A model generated the notes under the pieces. It worked only from the letters and a program-made list of their open reading frames with translations. It had not been told where the DNA came from and made no database searches. Of a stretch of DNA of 14,823 nt, positions 13,462-14,823 are shown piece after piece; within the stretch, counting starts at the first letter, position 1, and each line of letters starts with the position of its first letter. A program made the translations under genes and the position numbers. Origin of the DNA: Clostridia bacterium (GTDB taxonomy: Bacteria > Bacillota > Clostridia > Christensenellales > Aristaeellaceae); NCBI GenBank assembly GCA_045617125.1, contig JAZLIA010000072.1, positions 1 through 14,823 on the forward strand, in the 5' to 3' direction.

Positions 13462-14823
13462 TCAGATATGAAGCACCAGCTTCGCAATGGAAAAGTAAAT
13501 AAGCAGCGAGCTCATATCCACCACGGTGGTAATGAGCGGACTGGCCATCAGGGCCGGGTCCAGCTTCAGCTTTTTTGCCAGCATGGGCATGCAGCAGCCC
13601 AGACATTTGGCAAGAATGATCGTACAAAACAGGGCGCTGGCCACCACAAAGGCGACCCACCAGTTATCGGTGTTAACGATGCGCACCCGGAGCAATGTAA
13701 ACACGAAAAGCACCGCACCCACCATAATGGAAACGCGGAATTCTTTCCACAGAGCGCTGAAAAAATCCTTCAGCTCGATCTCTCCCAGAGAAAGACCGCG
13801 AATGATCAGCGTGCTGCTTTGGCTGCCGCAGTTGCCGCCGGTGTCCATCAGCATGGGAATGCAGGAGACCAGCACGATGCCCACTCCTTCAGCCCCGGTA
13901 AGCACATCCTCAAAGGAGGAGATGATAAGGCCGGTAAAGATCGCGATCACGGCCATGATAAGCAGCCAGGGTATACGGTTGACCGCCAGCCTGAACACGG
14001 AGGTTTTGAGATACTCGTCATCAGAAGGGGTCAAAGCGGCCATCTTTTCAAAGTCCTCAGTGTTTTCCTCTTCAATAACGTCCATCACGTCATCCGACGT
14101 GATGATACCCACCAAACGCCCTTCCTTATCCACAACAGGAAGGGTGAGCAGGTCGTACTTCCTCACCGTGTCCGCCACCAGCTCCTGGTCATCCGTGGTC
14201 ACCACGGAAACGGGGTTCCTCTCCATCACTTCGCCCACAGTGAGTTTGGGATCGGAAAGGATCATTTTTCTAAGCGGCAGCGTTCCCTGCAGATGACGTT
14301 CCTTATCAATAATGTACAGAGTATCAATGGTAGCCTTGTCAATGCCCACCTTGCGCAGGATGGTCATTGCCTCAGAAATACAGGTGGAATTGTGGAACTC
14401 GGCATACTCAATGGTCATCAGGCTGCCGGCCGAGTTTTCCGGATACCGGAGAAACTGATTGATCAGGCTGCGGGTCTTTTCATCGGTGTTCTGCAGCACA
14501 CGCTTCACCACGCTTGCCGGAAGCTCCTCCAGAAAATCCACCGTATCATCCAGGAACATATCGTCGATCAGGGAACGGATCTCATTATCCCCGATCGATT
14601 CGATCAGGATCTGCTGCTGATCGGCATCCATGTAGCTGAACACATCCGCTGAAATATCCTTGGGCAGGATGCGGAACACCACAAGCAGCTTATCCTTGTC
14701 CAGTTCTCCCATGAACTGGGCAATATCCACAGGATTGAGCATCATCAACGCGCCGCGCAGCTCGCCGTGACGGTTGTTATCCAGTAAACTGGTGAGACGT
14801 TTTACAACCATCTCCCATTCCAT
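13462..14823 (-). CDS. mgtE: Magnesium transporter MgtE (N-domain, CBS pair and TM domain)
   Basis: 453-aa ORF with the MgtE N-domain (LNPVDIAQFMGEL), a CBS pair, and conserved TM-domain motifs PMLMDTGGNCGSQSSTL and SPLITTVVDMSSLLIYF. The ATG is the last three bases of the window, so the true start and any upstream leader are not visible. The length is already typical for full-length MgtE. Confidence 0.93.
   Translation of the reverse strand: MEWEMVVKRLTSLLDNNRHGELRGALMMLNPVDIAQFMGELDKDKLLVVFRILPKDISADVFSYMDADQQQILIESIGDNEIRSLIDDMFLDDTVDFLEELPASVVKRVLQNTDEKTRSLINQFLRYPENSAGSLMTIEYAEFHNSTCISEAMTILRKVGIDKATIDTLYIIDKERHLQGTLPLRKMILSDPKLTVGEVMERNPVSVVTTDDQELVADTVRKYDLLTLPVVDKEGRLVGIITSDDVMDVIEEENTEDFEKMAALTPSDDEYLKTSVFRLAVNRIPWLLIMAVIAIFTGLIISSFEDVLTGAEGVGIVLVSCIPMLMDTGGNCGSQSSTLIIRGLSLGEIELKDFFSALWKEFRVSIMVGAVLFVFTLLRVRIVNTDNWWVAFVVASALFCTIILAKCLGCCMPMLAKKLKLDPALMASPLITTVVDMSSLLIYFSIAKLVLHI

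Noticed and set aside
13403-13471. A 22-codon plus-strand mini-ORF (MEQKESDCCFLQLSLPFSYAQI) between the anti-sigma gene and mgtE.
   Set aside because: It is made almost entirely of the bidirectional terminator stem-loop, has no SD, and overlaps the mgtE stop. The terminator explains the sequence better.
13423-14652. A 409-aa plus-strand ORF antisense to mgtE.
   Set aside because: It is a mirror frame of mgtE (both coordinates are 1 mod 3). It starts inside the bidirectional terminator and has no SD. The product is His/Gly/Gln-rich with no domain signature, while the minus-strand product has the full MgtE motif set.
1-14823. A scan of all intergenic regions (332-411, 2344-2441, 2730-3017, 5664-5883, 9159-9268, 11619-11801, 13384-13461) for tRNA or rRNA, CRISPR repeats, IS ends, integrases, riboswitch-sized leaders or large repeats.
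   Set aside because: Nothing of the kind was found. All of these gaps are under 300 nt and are accounted for by promoters, leaders and terminators. An M-box or other leader for mgtE, if present, would lie beyond the right edge of the window.

Overview
The window is a gene-dense stretch that looks like core chromosome from a Clostridia-type Firmicute. The basis for that guess is a Clostridium symbiosum-like PPDK, an Obg with the Firmicute C-terminal OCT domain, and AGGAGG-type ribosome binding sites. GC is roughly low-to-mid 50s by eye.

Thirteen intact-looking CDSs are supported, 11 on the minus strand. In left-to-right order they are:
- a YbbD/NagZ-like GH3 hexosaminidase
- an orphan small protein
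- ppdK
- a minus-strand operon, transcribed right to left: obg, yhbY, an M28 peptidase and a 5-TM EamA/DMT protein
- a divergent ylmH-like S4 protein
- a translationally coupled metallophosphoesterase and PHP phosphoesterase pair
- a divergent ECF sigma and membrane anti-sigma pair
- mgtE, which starts at the window edge

A fourteenth gene, DUF4259-like, is split by an in-frame TAG. Several sigma-A-like promoters, intrinsic terminators and one ECF-type promoter candidate can be read directly from the sequence. I found no rRNA, tRNA, CRISPR array, IS or transposase, integrase or large repeat.

I do not see a convincing novel multi-gene system. The least housekeeping elements are:
- the ECF/anti-sigma module with an unassigned extracytoplasmic domain
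- the two-phosphoesterase operon with an SD-less start and a possible leaderless mini-uORF
- the orphan small protein with its own promoter
- the amber-interrupted DUF4259-like gene

The very long plus-strand ORFs in the track (886, 452, 409 and 371 aa) are codon-aligned mirror frames of real minus-strand genes, so I rejected them.
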